Assembly: GCA_965217775.1 (NCBI GenBank) | Contig: CBDCJH010000002.1 | Span: 4,480,001-4,544,000 of the forward strand | Length of the DNA stretch: 64,000 bases | Direction of reading: 5' to 3' | DNA from: Acidobacteriota bacterium | GTDB lineage: Bacteria > Acidobacteriota > UBA6911 > RPQK01 > JAJDTT01 | Shown here: positions 19,743-29,659 of the stretch, piece after piece | Layout: every line of letters begins with the position of its first letter | Numbering within the stretch: position 1 is the first letter of the stretch | The notes under the pieces: model-generated | Seen by the model: only the letters and a program-made list of their open reading frames with translations | Databases searched by the model: none | Told to the model about the DNA's origin: nothing | Made by a program: the position numbers and the translations under genes

Positions 19743-20471
19743 TCACGACGAGGGCATGCGCGTGAGGCGCGGCCTGACCTTGCACAGTTTCAACAACTCG
19801 AGCAGGCGGATGACGGGCCAAGCCGGGTCGATCTCGCTGAGACGAAGGCTCAGCTTGGGTGACGACGGAGCATGGTGGTGATTGTTGTGCAGCCCCTCGC
19901 CGGCGGTGATCCAAGCCACCCAACGAAGGTTGGTGGCCGTGTTGTGGAAGTTCTTGTAGCCCAGGACGTGGCAAGCGCCGTTGATCATGCCGTTGAGGAA
20001 GATGTAGACCGCCGCCTGCAGTAGAAACGTCACGATCCCGGCCAGCGGACCCAATAGCAGACCCGCGGCCAGCACACCCAGGAAAAGTCCCAGGTAGCCG
20101 TGACGGTGCATGAAATCCTCGAAACGGTTGGTGCGGATGTCCCGGGTGTACCGGGTCACGGTCTCCGGGTTGGCCGCTTCCTTGTGGTAAAGGTAGGCGT
20201 TGGTCAGCAGGACCTTCCAGAGACCTTCCAGCTGCGGACTATGGGGATCCCCGTGCTCGTCGGGAAACTGATGGTGCTTGCGGTGAACCGCGACCCACTC
20301 CCGCGGATCGATGGCGGTGTGCAACCAGAGCCAGAACTGCATGGCCATGGCCACCGAGGGATGTAACTTGAGGGCATGATGGGACATGTGCCGGTGAAGG
20401 TAGATGGTGGTGCACAGATTGGAAATCTGAACCACCACGGCCAGGTAGATGGCCGCATAGAGGAAAATCAT
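19743..20471 (-). CDS. Membrane fatty-acid desaturase (delta-9-like)
   Basis: His boxes HRHMSH, HRKHH, GDPHSP, EGLHNNHH. Confidence 0.9.
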   Translation of the reverse strand: MIFLYAAIYLAVVVQISNLCTTIYLHRHMSHHALKLHPSVAMAMQFWLWLHTAIDPREWVAVHRKHHQFPDEHGDPHSPQLEGLWKVLLTNAYLYHKEAANPETVTRYTRDIRTNRFEDFMHRHGYLGLFLGVLAAGLLLGPLAGIVTFLLQAAVYIFLNGMINGACHVLGYKNFHNTATNLRWVAWITAGEGLHNNHHHAPSSPKLSLRLSEIDPAWPVIRLLELLKLCKVRPRLTRMPSS

Positions 20472-20796
20472 TTTCAGGTCCTTTCTTCGACCATGGAAAG
20501 CCGGCGCCGAACGCCGGTGGGACGGGGAGACTCTGATCCGGGGATACGTACTCCCCGAGGAGATGCCGATACCGGCCGCCGAAGACTCACTTCCTGCAAC
20601 TTCTCACTGCTGCCGAACTCAGCCGCCGTCGATTCACTCCAATCCAACCCGGAACCAGGAGATCGGCAGCAAGTATACCACCTGGGAGGAGCAGTGAAAA
20701 ACGAGCCCCGAGGGCTCTCCCACCTCTCTTTTCTCTTATCTCACCGGTGCTGAAACCCCCGTTCTCATGTGCTATTCTCGCGGTTCGGAGGCATGT

Positions 20797-21801
20797 ATGG
20801 GACGACCGGTCACTTTGTTTACGGGGCAATGGGCGGACCTGGATTTCGACACCATGTGCCTCAAGGCCAAGGAGTTCGGCTACGACGGCCTGGAGCTGGC
20901 CTGCTGGGGAGATCACTTCGAGGTCGGTCGGGCGCTGGAAGAGGATTCCTACTGCCGGAATCACTGGGAGACGCTGAACCGGCACGGACTCCAGTGCTAC
21001 GCCATCAGCAATCACCTCGTGGGCCAGGCGGTCTGCGACAACATCGACGACCGCCACCAGGCCATCCTGCCCCCGTCGATCTGGGGAGACGGCGACCCGG
21101 AGGGCGTTCGGGACAGAGCCGCCCGGGAGATGGAGAACACGGCCCGGGCCGCGGCCGCGTTCGGGGTCAAAATCGTGAACGGGTTTACGGGAAGCGGCAT
21201 CTGGCACCTCCTCTACTCCTTTCCCCCGGTGGACCCGGAGACCATCGAGCGGGGTTTTCAGGATGTGGGCCGCCGCTGGCTGCCCATCCTCCAGGTGTTC
21301 CAGGACTGCGGCGTGCGGTTCGGACTGGAGGTCCATCCCACCGAGATCGCCTTCGACATCGCCACCGCCGAGAGAACCATTGAAGCCGTCGGCGGCCATG
21401 AAAGCTTCGGCTTCAACTACGATCCCAGCCATCTGGGCTACCAGGGAGTCGACTATGTGGACTTCATCCGGACCTTCCGGGACCGGATCGTCCACGTCCA
21501 CATGAAGGACGCATACTGGTCGCAGACGCCGACCCGGGCCGGTGTGTTCGGCGGGCATCTCCCCTTCGGACACCCGGACCGATTCTGGGACTTCCGGTCT
21601 TTGGGCCGGGGCAGCGTCCGTTTCGAAGAGGTGATCCGGGCCCTGAACGATATCGGATACGACGGCCCGCTCTCGGTGGAATGGGAAGACCCCGGCATGG
21701 ACCGGGAGCATGGAGCCACCGAGTCCGCCGCATTCGTCCGATCCATCGACTTCAAGCCCTCCGGTGTGGCTTTCGACGCCGCCTTTGCCAAGGAGGACTG
21801 A
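20797..21801 (+). CDS. Sugar-phosphate isomerase/epimerase (xylose isomerase-like TIM barrel)
   Basis: [40 protein letters not shown]. Confidence 0.9.
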   Translation: MGRPVTLFTGQWADLDFDTMCLKAKEFGYDGLELACWGDHFEVGRALEEDSYCRNHWETLNRHGLQCYAISNHLVGQAVCDNIDDRHQAILPPSIWGDGDPEGVRDRAAREMENTARAAAAFGVKIVNGFTGSGIWHLLYSFPPVDPETIERGFQDVGRRWLPILQVFQDCGVRFGLEVHPTEIAFDIATAERTIEAVGGHESFGFNYDPSHLGYQGVDYVDFIRTFRDRIVHVHMKDAYWSQTPTRAGVFGGHLPFGHPDRFWDFRSLGRGSVRFEEVIRALNDIGYDGPLSVEWEDPGMDREHGATESAAFVRSIDFKPSGVAFDAAFAKED

Positions 21802-21837
21802 CCGCCCTGGTTACGGGGCCGAGATCCTCGCCAGCCC

Positions 21838-23049
21838 ATGAACCGGCTCCTCTCCCTCCTGGTCCTCAACCTCAGCCTGCTGCAGGCCGAGGAGTGGCCC
21901 CAGTTTCGGGGTCCGGACGGACAGGGTCATTCGAGCGAAGAAAAACTGCCCCTGAACTGGTCCGAGGACGAGAACATCCGCTGGAAGGTCCCGGTCCCCG
22001 GATCCGGCTGGTCATCCCCGGTGGTTCGGAACGGCCGGATCTGGCTCACCGCCGCCCGGGATAAGGGCCGGTCCCTTCGAGTCGTTAGCCTGGAACTGGA
22101 AACCGGGAAGTTGCTTCACGACCTGGAGGTCTTTCGACGCAACGACCCGGGAAGCATCCACTCCAAGAACAGCTATGCGTCTCCCACCGCCTTGCTGGAG
22201 GGGGACCGGGTCTTCGTCCACTACGGCGCCAACGGGACGGCCGCGGTTTCGACCGATGGACGAGTGCTTTGGCGCCACCGGCTCGAGTACCAGCATGGAC
22301 ACGGACCGGGGGGGTCCCCGGTGCTGTTCGAGGACCTGCTCATCGTCGCCTGCGACGGGACCGACGTTCAGTACCTGGCCGCGCTGGACAAAGAAAGCGG
22401 CGAGCTCCGCTGGAAGACCCAGCGCCAGGGGTACATGGCCTATGCCACCCCCTTGATCATCCAGGTGGGGGACCAGGTCCAGTTGGTCAGTCCGGGTGGA
22501 CACCAAGTTGGCGCTTACGATCCGAGAAGCGGCGAGCCAATCTGGTGGATCGCCCACAACGGTTTCTCGGGGGTGCCCCGCCCCGTCTTCGGCCACGATC
22601 TGGTCTTCGTCGTCTCCGGGTACAACCGCCCCGTCCTCTACGCCGTCCGACCCGGCGGCAGCGGAGACGTCACCGAGAGCCACACCGCCTGGGAGCTTTC
22701 CCGGGGAGCTCCCCTGAATCCGTCACCGATCCTGGTGGGGGACGAGCTCTACGTGGTCAGTGACGTGGGGGTGGCGACCTGCCTGGACGCCAAGACCGGA
22801 AAGGTGCATTGGAAGCAGCGGCTGAGAGGCCGGTTCTCCGCCTCTCCCCTCTACGGAGCCGAACGGATCTACTTCCTCAACGAGACGGGAGAGACCTTCG
22901 TCGTCGCGCCCAGGAAGGCTTTTCGGGAGTTGGCGAGGAATCAGGTCGAGGGCCGCACTCTGGCCTCCCTGGCGGTCGCGGGTGAAACGCTGCTGTTGAG
23001 GACCGATACGCACTTGTATCGGATTGAACAGACTTCGGAAGAGTATTAG
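21838..23049 (+). CDS. PQQ-binding-like (BamB-type) beta-propeller protein
   Basis: WPQFRGPDGQG, GWSSPVV, YASPT and repeated Trp-docking motifs; signal peptide. Confidence 0.85.
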   Translation: MNRLLSLLVLNLSLLQAEEWPQFRGPDGQGHSSEEKLPLNWSEDENIRWKVPVPGSGWSSPVVRNGRIWLTAARDKGRSLRVVSLELETGKLLHDLEVFRRNDPGSIHSKNSYASPTALLEGDRVFVHYGANGTAAVSTDGRVLWRHRLEYQHGHGPGGSPVLFEDLLIVACDGTDVQYLAALDKESGELRWKTQRQGYMAYATPLIIQVGDQVQLVSPGGHQVGAYDPRSGEPIWWIAHNGFSGVPRPVFGHDLVFVVSGYNRPVLYAVRPGGSGDVTESHTAWELSRGAPLNPSPILVGDELYVVSDVGVATCLDAKTGKVHWKQRLRGRFSASPLYGAERIYFLNETGETFVVAPRKAFRELARNQVEGRTLASLAVAGETLLLRTDTHLYRIEQTSEEY

Positions 23050-23054
23050 TTCCA

Positions 23055-23243
23055 GGAGGGGCGGTTTCCAACCGCCCGGCTCCGTCGCAACAACACGATA
23101 ACGTGGGAGCGGGCGATTGGATGTCGCCCCTCCGCCTTTCCCAAGAGGGCGACTGGAAATCGCCCCTCCTGGGCGACAAGGATGTCGCCCCTCCTGGGCG
23201 ACTGGAAATCGCCTCTCCTGGGCGACAAGGATGTCGCCCCTCC
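23055..23243. repeat. REP-like palindrome cluster
   Basis: Alternating GGGCGACTGGAAATCGCCCCTCCT and GGGCGACAAGGATGTCGCCCCTCCT units, preceded by an inverted GGAGGGGCGGTTTCCAACCGCCC. Confidence 0.8.
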
Positions 23244-26078
23244 TTACCGCACCTGCAACTCGACCGCCGAGAGGATGGGCCAGACTCCGCCGGCGGGTGA
23301 GGTGAAGACGGCCCGGTACTGGGCCCAGCGTCGTTTTCCATTCAGGCCGGCGATCTCGGTGCCGGATTCCTGGTAGAAGGAGCCGGCGCCGGAGGGTCCC
23401 GTCCACTCGGCGGACTTCAGGCCGTCGCGGCTGGACGCGGTCCGGATCTGGAACTGGAGACGGGCTCCGTGGGGTTCCTCACCCTCCCAGATCAAGCGGA
23501 CTCCGCCGGGTCCAGGTAACTCCAGAGGTGGCGAGACGTATTCCTCCTCCAAGCGCCGGGTGTAGAGGTCCCCCGGATCGGTCATCTGGCTGTAGTGGGG
23601 ACCGAAGCTGGGGATCTCGGTCTTCCGGTCCCGGTGGAACCCTTCCGGGCCGTTCCAGTAGATGTAGGTATTGATGCTGTGGTCACCGTCCTTCATGTGG
23701 TTGTGGACCACGATTTCGGGATAGCCGTCCCGGTTCAAGTCCACCGTCTGGATGGCGGAGGAAGAATAGGCGGGAAGATCGGTCCGGTTGGTCCGGCTGT
23801 ACGCGCCCCCCTCGGCGCCCCAGTAGATGAACACCGGCAGGGTACGGGTGCGGCCCGACATGTAGTTGGACATCACCAGGTCCAGGTGTCCGTCCCGGTT
23901 GAGGTCGGCGATGCCGCACTCGATGGGCGAGTGGCCCTCCAACTCCACCTTGCCCTCCAGCGTGGGAATCCCTTCGGGAGTCCCCCAGAGCAGGTAGCTG
24001 TTGCCGGTATATTTCCGGGTCTCGGGATCGAAGCTCCCCACCAGCATGAAATCCAGGTTCCCGTCCGAGTTCAGGTCGGCCAGCTCCACGTTGCCGGCAG
24101 GCAGGACCTGGCTCCAGCTCCGCTCCGGCGAGTAGCCGTCCCGGTCTCCCCAGAAGATCTGGTAGATGCCGTACCAGCTTCCCGGAAAGAGCAGGTCCAG
24201 ATGGCCGTCGCGGTTCAGGTCCGCCACCCGGTTGTTGCTGCACCTCTGGTTCTTCAGGGGAAGCGAGGTCCGGCGGGCGTCGGCGTAGCCCTCTGCCCCT
24301 CCCCAGTAGATGGTCCCCAGTTTCTGGCCGCTTCCGTGGGTGAAGACCAGCTCCAGGTAGCCGTCCCGGTTCAGGTCGGCCGCGCTCACCCCATGGGCGT
24401 TGGCGACGGCCAGTTCCTGCCGGTTCCCGGGGGAGTAACCCTCCCGGCTTCCCCAGTAGAGCCAACTGTATCCGACGTAGGAGTTGGTCAGGACCAGATC
24501 GTTGAAGCTGTCGTCATTGAGGTCGGCGACGGCGACGGCATAGGCCCCGCGCCCCGGCAGGGCCGTCCGGGAGGCGGTGGAATAGTAGTGATGGGGGTTG
24601 CCCCAGTAGATGTTGTTCAAGACCTTCCCGGGGTGCGTGCCGCTCCACCGGTTCACCAGCACCACCTCCAGATGGCCGTCCTGGTTCAAGTCGGCCACGT
24701 TGACGCTGTTGCCGCCGAATCCCTGCAGTTCAGTCCGCATGTAGGGCGCGAACCCGGTGGGACTGCCCCAATAGACGTAGGAAGGCACGTCGACGGTCTG
24801 GCTGTCGTGGGAGTTGGCGAAGACCAGGTCGGGATGACCGTCCCGGTTCAGGTCGCCCGAGGCCACGTCGGCCGGAGCCAGAGTCGGGAGCTGGGACCGC
24901 CGTTGGACGGAGAAGCCCTCGGGTCCGCCCCAGTACACGTAGGACTCGGGTAGCGGATCCTCGTTGGAGGAATTGGACACGGCCAGGTCCAGGTATCCGT
25001 TTCCGTCCAGGTCGGCGATGTCGGAGCCGGTGGGAGCGATGGCCGGAAGGGTCTGGCTGGGGGACGGGGCGGGCCCGTTTTTCCCTCCCAAGAACAGGAG
25101 GAGGCTGCCGTCCTGGGCGCCCTGGCCCGAGACCGTGACCACCACGTCGTCGTATCCGTCGCGGTCCAGGTCGCCGGACCCGACACTGCCGGGAGGAGCC
25201 GTCTCCGCCTCCCAGGAGCGGTCGGCGGTGTAGACGCCCTGCCGGCCCAGGAACACCTGAACCCCCTTCGTCTGGGGACTGTTGTTGACGAAGATCAGGT
25301 CGGGATCTCCATCCCCGTTCACGTCACCGCTGGTCACGTCCCGGGCGCCGCGGGTGGGGACCAGTCCCGGACGGTCGGGATCGAAACCGTTGGCGCTGCC
25401 CCAGTAGATGTAGGACGAGAGGTCCACCTGGGGCGAGATCTTCTCCGCTCCCGCCTCTACCCCCTGATTGGCGAAGACCAGGTCCGGATACCCGTCGGAG
25501 TTCAAATCGCGGGCCACCACACCCGCCGCCCAGCGGGTGGGCAGTTCGGTTCGTCCAACGCGAGAATACCCGTCGCCGCTCCCCCAGTAGACGTACGCCG
25601 TGCGGACACCCGGGTAGTTGTGGATGTAGTTGCAAAAGACCAGATCGGGATAGCCGTCTTGGTTCAGGTCCGCAACCGCCGACCGGCCGCCGCCGAAGGA
25701 GGGGAGCCGGGTGACCTGATCGGTTCGGTCCATCAAGCCGTAGACCACCTGCGCCAGGGGCCGTTCCCGCCAGAGTTCGGGCAGAAGGGAGCGAGGACCG
25801 TCGGCGCTGCCCCAGTAGACGAGCGCGTCCACCACACTCATGTTGTCGTGGGTGTTGCTCAGGACCAGGTCCACGTACCCGTCCCGGTTCAGGTCCCACT
25901 GATTGATGACCTGGACGGACCCTTTCCTGGAAACGTAGAGGTTCGCGCCTGAGTTCCCCAAGGTCCCCTGGCTGAAATCCTCGAAATCGGCATGCCGGAT
26001 GATGCCGTCTCTGGAGTGCGACACTCCCATGAATCCCAACCAAAGCACCCCCAGGACTGCCAGCCGTCGTTTGAGCAT
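23244..26078 (-). CDS. Large secreted FG-GAP/VCBS repeat protein
   Basis: More than 10 DLNxDGxxDLV motifs, each followed by YxYWG. Confidence 0.9.
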   Translation of the reverse strand: MLKRRLAVLGVLWLGFMGVSHSRDGIIRHADFEDFSQGTLGNSGANLYVSRKGSVQVINQWDLNRDGYVDLVLSNTHDNMSVVDALVYWGSADGPRSLLPELWRERPLAQVVYGLMDRTDQVTRLPSFGGGRSAVADLNQDGYPDLVFCNYIHNYPGVRTAYVYWGSGDGYSRVGRTELPTRWAAGVVARDLNSDGYPDLVFANQGVEAGAEKISPQVDLSSYIYWGSANGFDPDRPGLVPTRGARDVTSGDVNGDGDPDLIFVNNSPQTKGVQVFLGRQGVYTADRSWEAETAPPGSVGSGDLDRDGYDDVVVTVSGQGAQDGSLLLFLGGKNGPAPSPSQTLPAIAPTGSDIADLDGNGYLDLAVSNSSNEDPLPESYVYWGGPEGFSVQRRSQLPTLAPADVASGDLNRDGHPDLVFANSHDSQTVDVPSYVYWGSPTGFAPYMRTELQGFGGNSVNVADLNQDGHLEVVLVNRWSGTHPGKVLNNIYWGNPHHYYSTASRTALPGRGAYAVAVADLNDDSFNDLVLTNSYVGYSWLYWGSREGYSPGNRQELAVANAHGVSAADLNRDGYLELVFTHGSGQKLGTIYWGGAEGYADARRTSLPLKNQRCSNNRVADLNRDGHLDLLFPGSWYGIYQIFWGDRDGYSPERSWSQVLPAGNVELADLNSDGNLDFMLVGSFDPETRKYTGNSYLLWGTPEGIPTLEGKVELEGHSPIECGIADLNRDGHLDLVMSNYMSGRTRTLPVFIYWGAEGGAYSRTNRTDLPAYSSSAIQTVDLNRDGYPEIVVHNHMKDGDHSINTYIYWNGPEGFHRDRKTEIPSFGPHYSQMTDPGDLYTRRLEEEYVSPPLELPGPGGVRLIWEGEEPHGARLQFQIRTASSRDGLKSAEWTGPSGAGSFYQESGTEIAGLNGKRRWAQYRAVFTSPAGGVWPILSAVELQVR

Positions 26079-26097
26079 ATCGATCTCCGCCTCTCTG

Positions 26098-26688
26098 CTA
26101 TTTCCTGGCCAGGTCCGCGATGAAGCACCCCACGGCCCGGGTCTCCGGTTCCGCGACCGTTTCCCCTTGGAGCACGGATTCCAGGGCCAGCTTCAGGTCG
26201 CGGCGATTGGGTTGGGCCCGCGCCTTTCCGAAATCGGGGTACCGGTCGTCGATGCGCCCACGGTAGACGAGCCGTCCGTCGGCGTCGAAGACGGCCGCTT
26301 CAGGAGTGACCCGGGCGCCCGTGAGGCGCACCAGGTCGTGATGGGAATCGCGAAGGATCTCGCCTGGAACTTGATATTCCTCCGCGTGCCGCCCGATGGC
26401 CTCGGCCTCTTCCTGCGGATCCACATAAACCAGCCAGAACCGCACCCCTCGGGGCGAGAACGTCTCATGCAGACGCCGCAGCTCGGGCGCATACCGGTTG
26501 GCGATGGGACAATCGCTGCGCATGAACAGGAAGACGCTGGCCGGGTCGCTGGCCGCGAGCGGGTCCACGCGCTCTCCCGAAAGGCTCGTCAGGTTAAACC
26601 CCGAGGGGCCCGAACCGCAGCCCCAAAAGATCAATAGGCTCAGAAGCCAGGCCGCCACGCTGGATCGACACCGTCGAAGAGCCTTCAC
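26098..26688 (-). CDS. Redoxin (AhpC/TSA-like) lipoprotein
   Basis: SDCPIANRY, ARVTPEA, YRGRIDD, AVGCFI. Confidence 0.85.
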   Translation of the reverse strand: MKALRRCRSSVAAWLLSLLIFWGCGSGPSGFNLTSLSGERVDPLAASDPASVFLFMRSDCPIANRYAPELRRLHETFSPRGVRFWLVYVDPQEEAEAIGRHAEEYQVPGEILRDSHHDLVRLTGARVTPEAAVFDADGRLVYRGRIDDRYPDFGKARAQPNRRDLKLALESVLQGETVAEPETRAVGCFIADLARK

Positions 26689-26754
26689 GCTTCAATTTTT
26701 ACATGATGCGCCAGCGTACGCGAGCGATCTCCTCATCTTGCTAGACTGGCAGAG

Positions 26755-28431
26755 ATGATCGCGACGTTGCTGCTTCTTCTCTCAAGCGGCGTTCACTTCA
26801 CGGAGGTGAGCCGTGAGGCGGGGCTGGAGTTTCGGCACCGGGGCGGCGGCAGCGCCAAGGACCATATCCTGGAGACGGTGGGCAGCGGCGTCGGTTGGAT
26901 CGACTTCGACCAGGACGGCTGGCTCGATCTGTATGCCGTCAACGGCGGCCTCTGGGAGGAGCTGGGAACGGGGAAGCGAAGCGTCTCCAACGCCCTTTTC
27001 CGCAACCAGGGGGACGGCAGTTTCCGTCTGGTGACGCCCGAGGCGGGCGTGGAGGGGCGGCATTGGGGCATGGGGGTGACCGTCGCCGATTACGACAACG
27101 ACGGTTGGCCCGATCTCTACGTCTGCAACTACGGGCCCAACGTCCTGTACCGGAACAACGGCGACGGCACCTTTCGGGACGTGACTCGGGAAGCGGGGGT
27201 AGGGGATCCGTCCTGGAGTTCCAGTGCAGCCTTCGCCGACGCTAACGGGGACGGATGGCTCGACCTTTACGTGGCCAACTACGTGGAATTCGACCACGGG
27301 AATCCGCCGGCCGCATCGCCCGATTGCCAGTACCGCGGGGTCCGGGTCCACTGTGGGCCGGGGGGACTTCCGGCGGCCCGGGACACCTTCTACCTGAGCA
27401 ACGGCGACGGCGCCTTCCGGCAAGCCAGCAAGGCGGCCGGTATGGACGCACCGGCCGCCTACGGGATGGGCGCGGTCTGGTGCGACTACGACAGCGACGG
27501 CGACAGCGACCTCTACGTGGCCAACGATTCCATGGCCAACTTTCTCTTCCGCAATCGGGGAGACGGAACCTTCGAGGAACGGGGACTGGTGGCGGCCGTG
27601 GCCTTCAACGAAGACGGGCAGGCCCAGGCCGGCATGGGGGTGACCTTCGGAGACTACGACCGGGACGGACGCTTCGACCTGTACGTGACCAATTTCTCGG
27701 CGGACTACAACACCCTGTACCGGAACCTGGGAGGGGACCTCTTTCGGGACGTGACCCGCGCCACCGGATTGATCCTGCCCAGCCTGCGTTTCCTGGGGTG
27801 GAGCACCCACTTCTTCGACTACGACAACGACGGCTGGGAGGACCTCTTCGTGGCCAACGGGCACGTCTTCCCGCAGGTGGATACGCGGCCCGTGGGGACC
27901 CGCTTCCGACAGCGGAACCTCCTCTTCCGGAATCTGGGAAACGGCCGCTTCCGGGAGCTGGCCTCGGACGAGGCACTGGGGCTTTCCCAGGCTTATTCCA
28001 GCCGCGGGGCCGCATTTGCAGATTTCGATAACGACGGGGACGGGGACGTGGTCGTCTCCAACATAGACCGAGGGCTTTCTCTCTACCGCAACGACGGAAG
28101 CAAGGGGCATTGGCTGCGCTTGCGGCTGGAGGGGAAGGAGTCCAACCGGGGAGCCGTGGGAACCCGGGTCACGCTCACCACCGGGGACGCCACCCAGATC
28201 CGGGAGGTTCGGGCCGGCTCGGGCTACCAGTCGTCGGACGACCCGCGGCTCCACTTCGGGTTGGGCGCGACGACCCAGGTCCAGCGGATCGAGGTGCGCT
28301 GGAGCCGGGGACGGCAGCAGGTTTTGGAGAATCTGGAGGCGGATCGGGAGTATCTGGTCAAGGAAGGCGAATCGCTTCGGAGGAGAGAGGAAAGAGGGAA
28401 GATCGGCGAGGAGCGGAGCGGCGGTTTGTAG
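26755..28431 (+). CDS. CRTAC1-family FG-GAP protein with ASPIC/UnbV domain
   Basis: ILETVGSGV, repeated DYDNDGWxDL, SRGAAFAD, GSGYQSSDDPRLHFGLG. Confidence 0.9.
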   Translation: MIATLLLLLSSGVHFTEVSREAGLEFRHRGGGSAKDHILETVGSGVGWIDFDQDGWLDLYAVNGGLWEELGTGKRSVSNALFRNQGDGSFRLVTPEAGVEGRHWGMGVTVADYDNDGWPDLYVCNYGPNVLYRNNGDGTFRDVTREAGVGDPSWSSSAAFADANGDGWLDLYVANYVEFDHGNPPAASPDCQYRGVRVHCGPGGLPAARDTFYLSNGDGAFRQASKAAGMDAPAAYGMGAVWCDYDSDGDSDLYVANDSMANFLFRNRGDGTFEERGLVAAVAFNEDGQAQAGMGVTFGDYDRDGRFDLYVTNFSADYNTLYRNLGGDLFRDVTRATGLILPSLRFLGWSTHFFDYDNDGWEDLFVANGHVFPQVDTRPVGTRFRQRNLLFRNLGNGRFRELASDEALGLSQAYSSRGAAFADFDNDGDGDVVVSNIDRGLSLYRNDGSKGHWLRLRLEGKESNRGAVGTRVTLTTGDATQIREVRAGSGYQSSDDPRLHFGLGATTQVQRIEVRWSRGRQQVLENLEADREYLVKEGESLRRREERGKIGEERSGGL

Positions 28432-28546
28432 CCGCCGAACTCCGTGTTGGGCATCGGGGCGTTGAAGAGTGGGGGACAAGAATGTCCCCCCTCCTGTTCC
28501 CCCTCCCGGCGTGGCGACTTTCACCGGGTACTGCTAACCTTTGGTC

Positions 28547-29659
28547 ATGAGACTTGACGAGAATTCCGGCCGGATCAGCCGGCGCAGGTGGTTCGGGTAC
28601 GCCTCCGCGTTGTTGCTGACGCGATCGGTCAGGGGTCAGGCCCAATCGACTCAGGGCACTCCTCTGGAGGACGATCGAGTCTCTTTGAGCGCCATGGCGG
28701 ACGTGGAAGGGACACTGACCCCCGCAGACCGTTTCTTCGTCCGGAGCCACCATGCTCAGCCCCGCTTGTCACTGAAGACTTGGCGGTTGCGGGTGGAGGG
28801 TGCGGTGGCCAATCCCCTGGAGTTGTCCTTCCCGGACCTGGTGGAGACCTCCACCAAGTCCCTGGAGGGGCTCCTGGAATGCGCGGGTAACCGGACGGGC
28901 CTGGTGAGCAACGGGCTCTGGGAGGGGGTCCCCCTCTCCGACCTGATCCGGCGGGCCCAGCCCAAGGAGGGGGCCAAGAGGGTCATGCTCCAAGGAGCGG
29001 ACAAGGGGTCCCTGATTCCCGACATGCCCGAATCCCCCTACTCCCGGATCCTGCCTCTGGAGAAATGTCTGGCTCCCGAAACCCTGGTAGCCTTCAAGCT
29101 CAACGGGCAGTTCCTGCCCCGGCGCAACGGCTTTCCGGCCCGGGCCTTCATTCCGGGCTGGTACGGCATGGACTCGGTCAAGTGGTTGACGCGGGTCCGC
29201 ATCCTGGACGCCTTCGACTGGCCCCCCGCCTATTACTCCAGCGGCATGGACCTGCTCTATCAGAAGTATGTCAAGTTCGGGACGCAGGAGCAGATCACGG
29301 GCCGGGTCTCGGAGATCCAGGTCAATTCCGGGTTCTCCTTTCCGCCCCCGGGGGCCAACCTGGCTCCGGGCCGGTATCCGGTTCGGGGCTTTGCCTGGGC
29401 CGGTCCCCACCGGGTGGGCGCCGTCCAGGTCAGTCCGGACCGGGGAAGAAGCTGGAGGCCGGCCCGGCTGGAGGGCGAATCCCGTCCCTTCACCTGGGTC
29501 CGGTGGAGCTATGACTGGGCAGCTCCCAAGGGAGAGCATCTGCTGATGGCCCGGGCTCAGGACCATCGGGGACGCTGGCAGCCGACTCGCCGAGACACCA
29601 ACAGAACCGACGGATACGAACTCAACTGGTACCCCTCCGTCCAATGCAACGTGCTCTGA
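28547..29659 (+). CDS. Tat-exported sulfite oxidase-family molybdoenzyme
   Basis: SRRRWF signal, FFVRSH, LECAGN (Mo-ligating Cys), NGFPARAFIPGWYGMDSVKWL, dimerisation domain. Confidence 0.85.
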   Translation: MRLDENSGRISRRRWFGYASALLLTRSVRGQAQSTQGTPLEDDRVSLSAMADVEGTLTPADRFFVRSHHAQPRLSLKTWRLRVEGAVANPLELSFPDLVETSTKSLEGLLECAGNRTGLVSNGLWEGVPLSDLIRRAQPKEGAKRVMLQGADKGSLIPDMPESPYSRILPLEKCLAPETLVAFKLNGQFLPRRNGFPARAFIPGWYGMDSVKWLTRVRILDAFDWPPAYYSSGMDLLYQKYVKFGTQEQITGRVSEIQVNSGFSFPPPGANLAPGRYPVRGFAWAGPHRVGAVQVSPDRGRSWRPARLEGESRPFTWVRWSYDWAAPKGEHLLMARAQDHRGRWQPTRRDTNRTDGYELNWYPSVQCNVL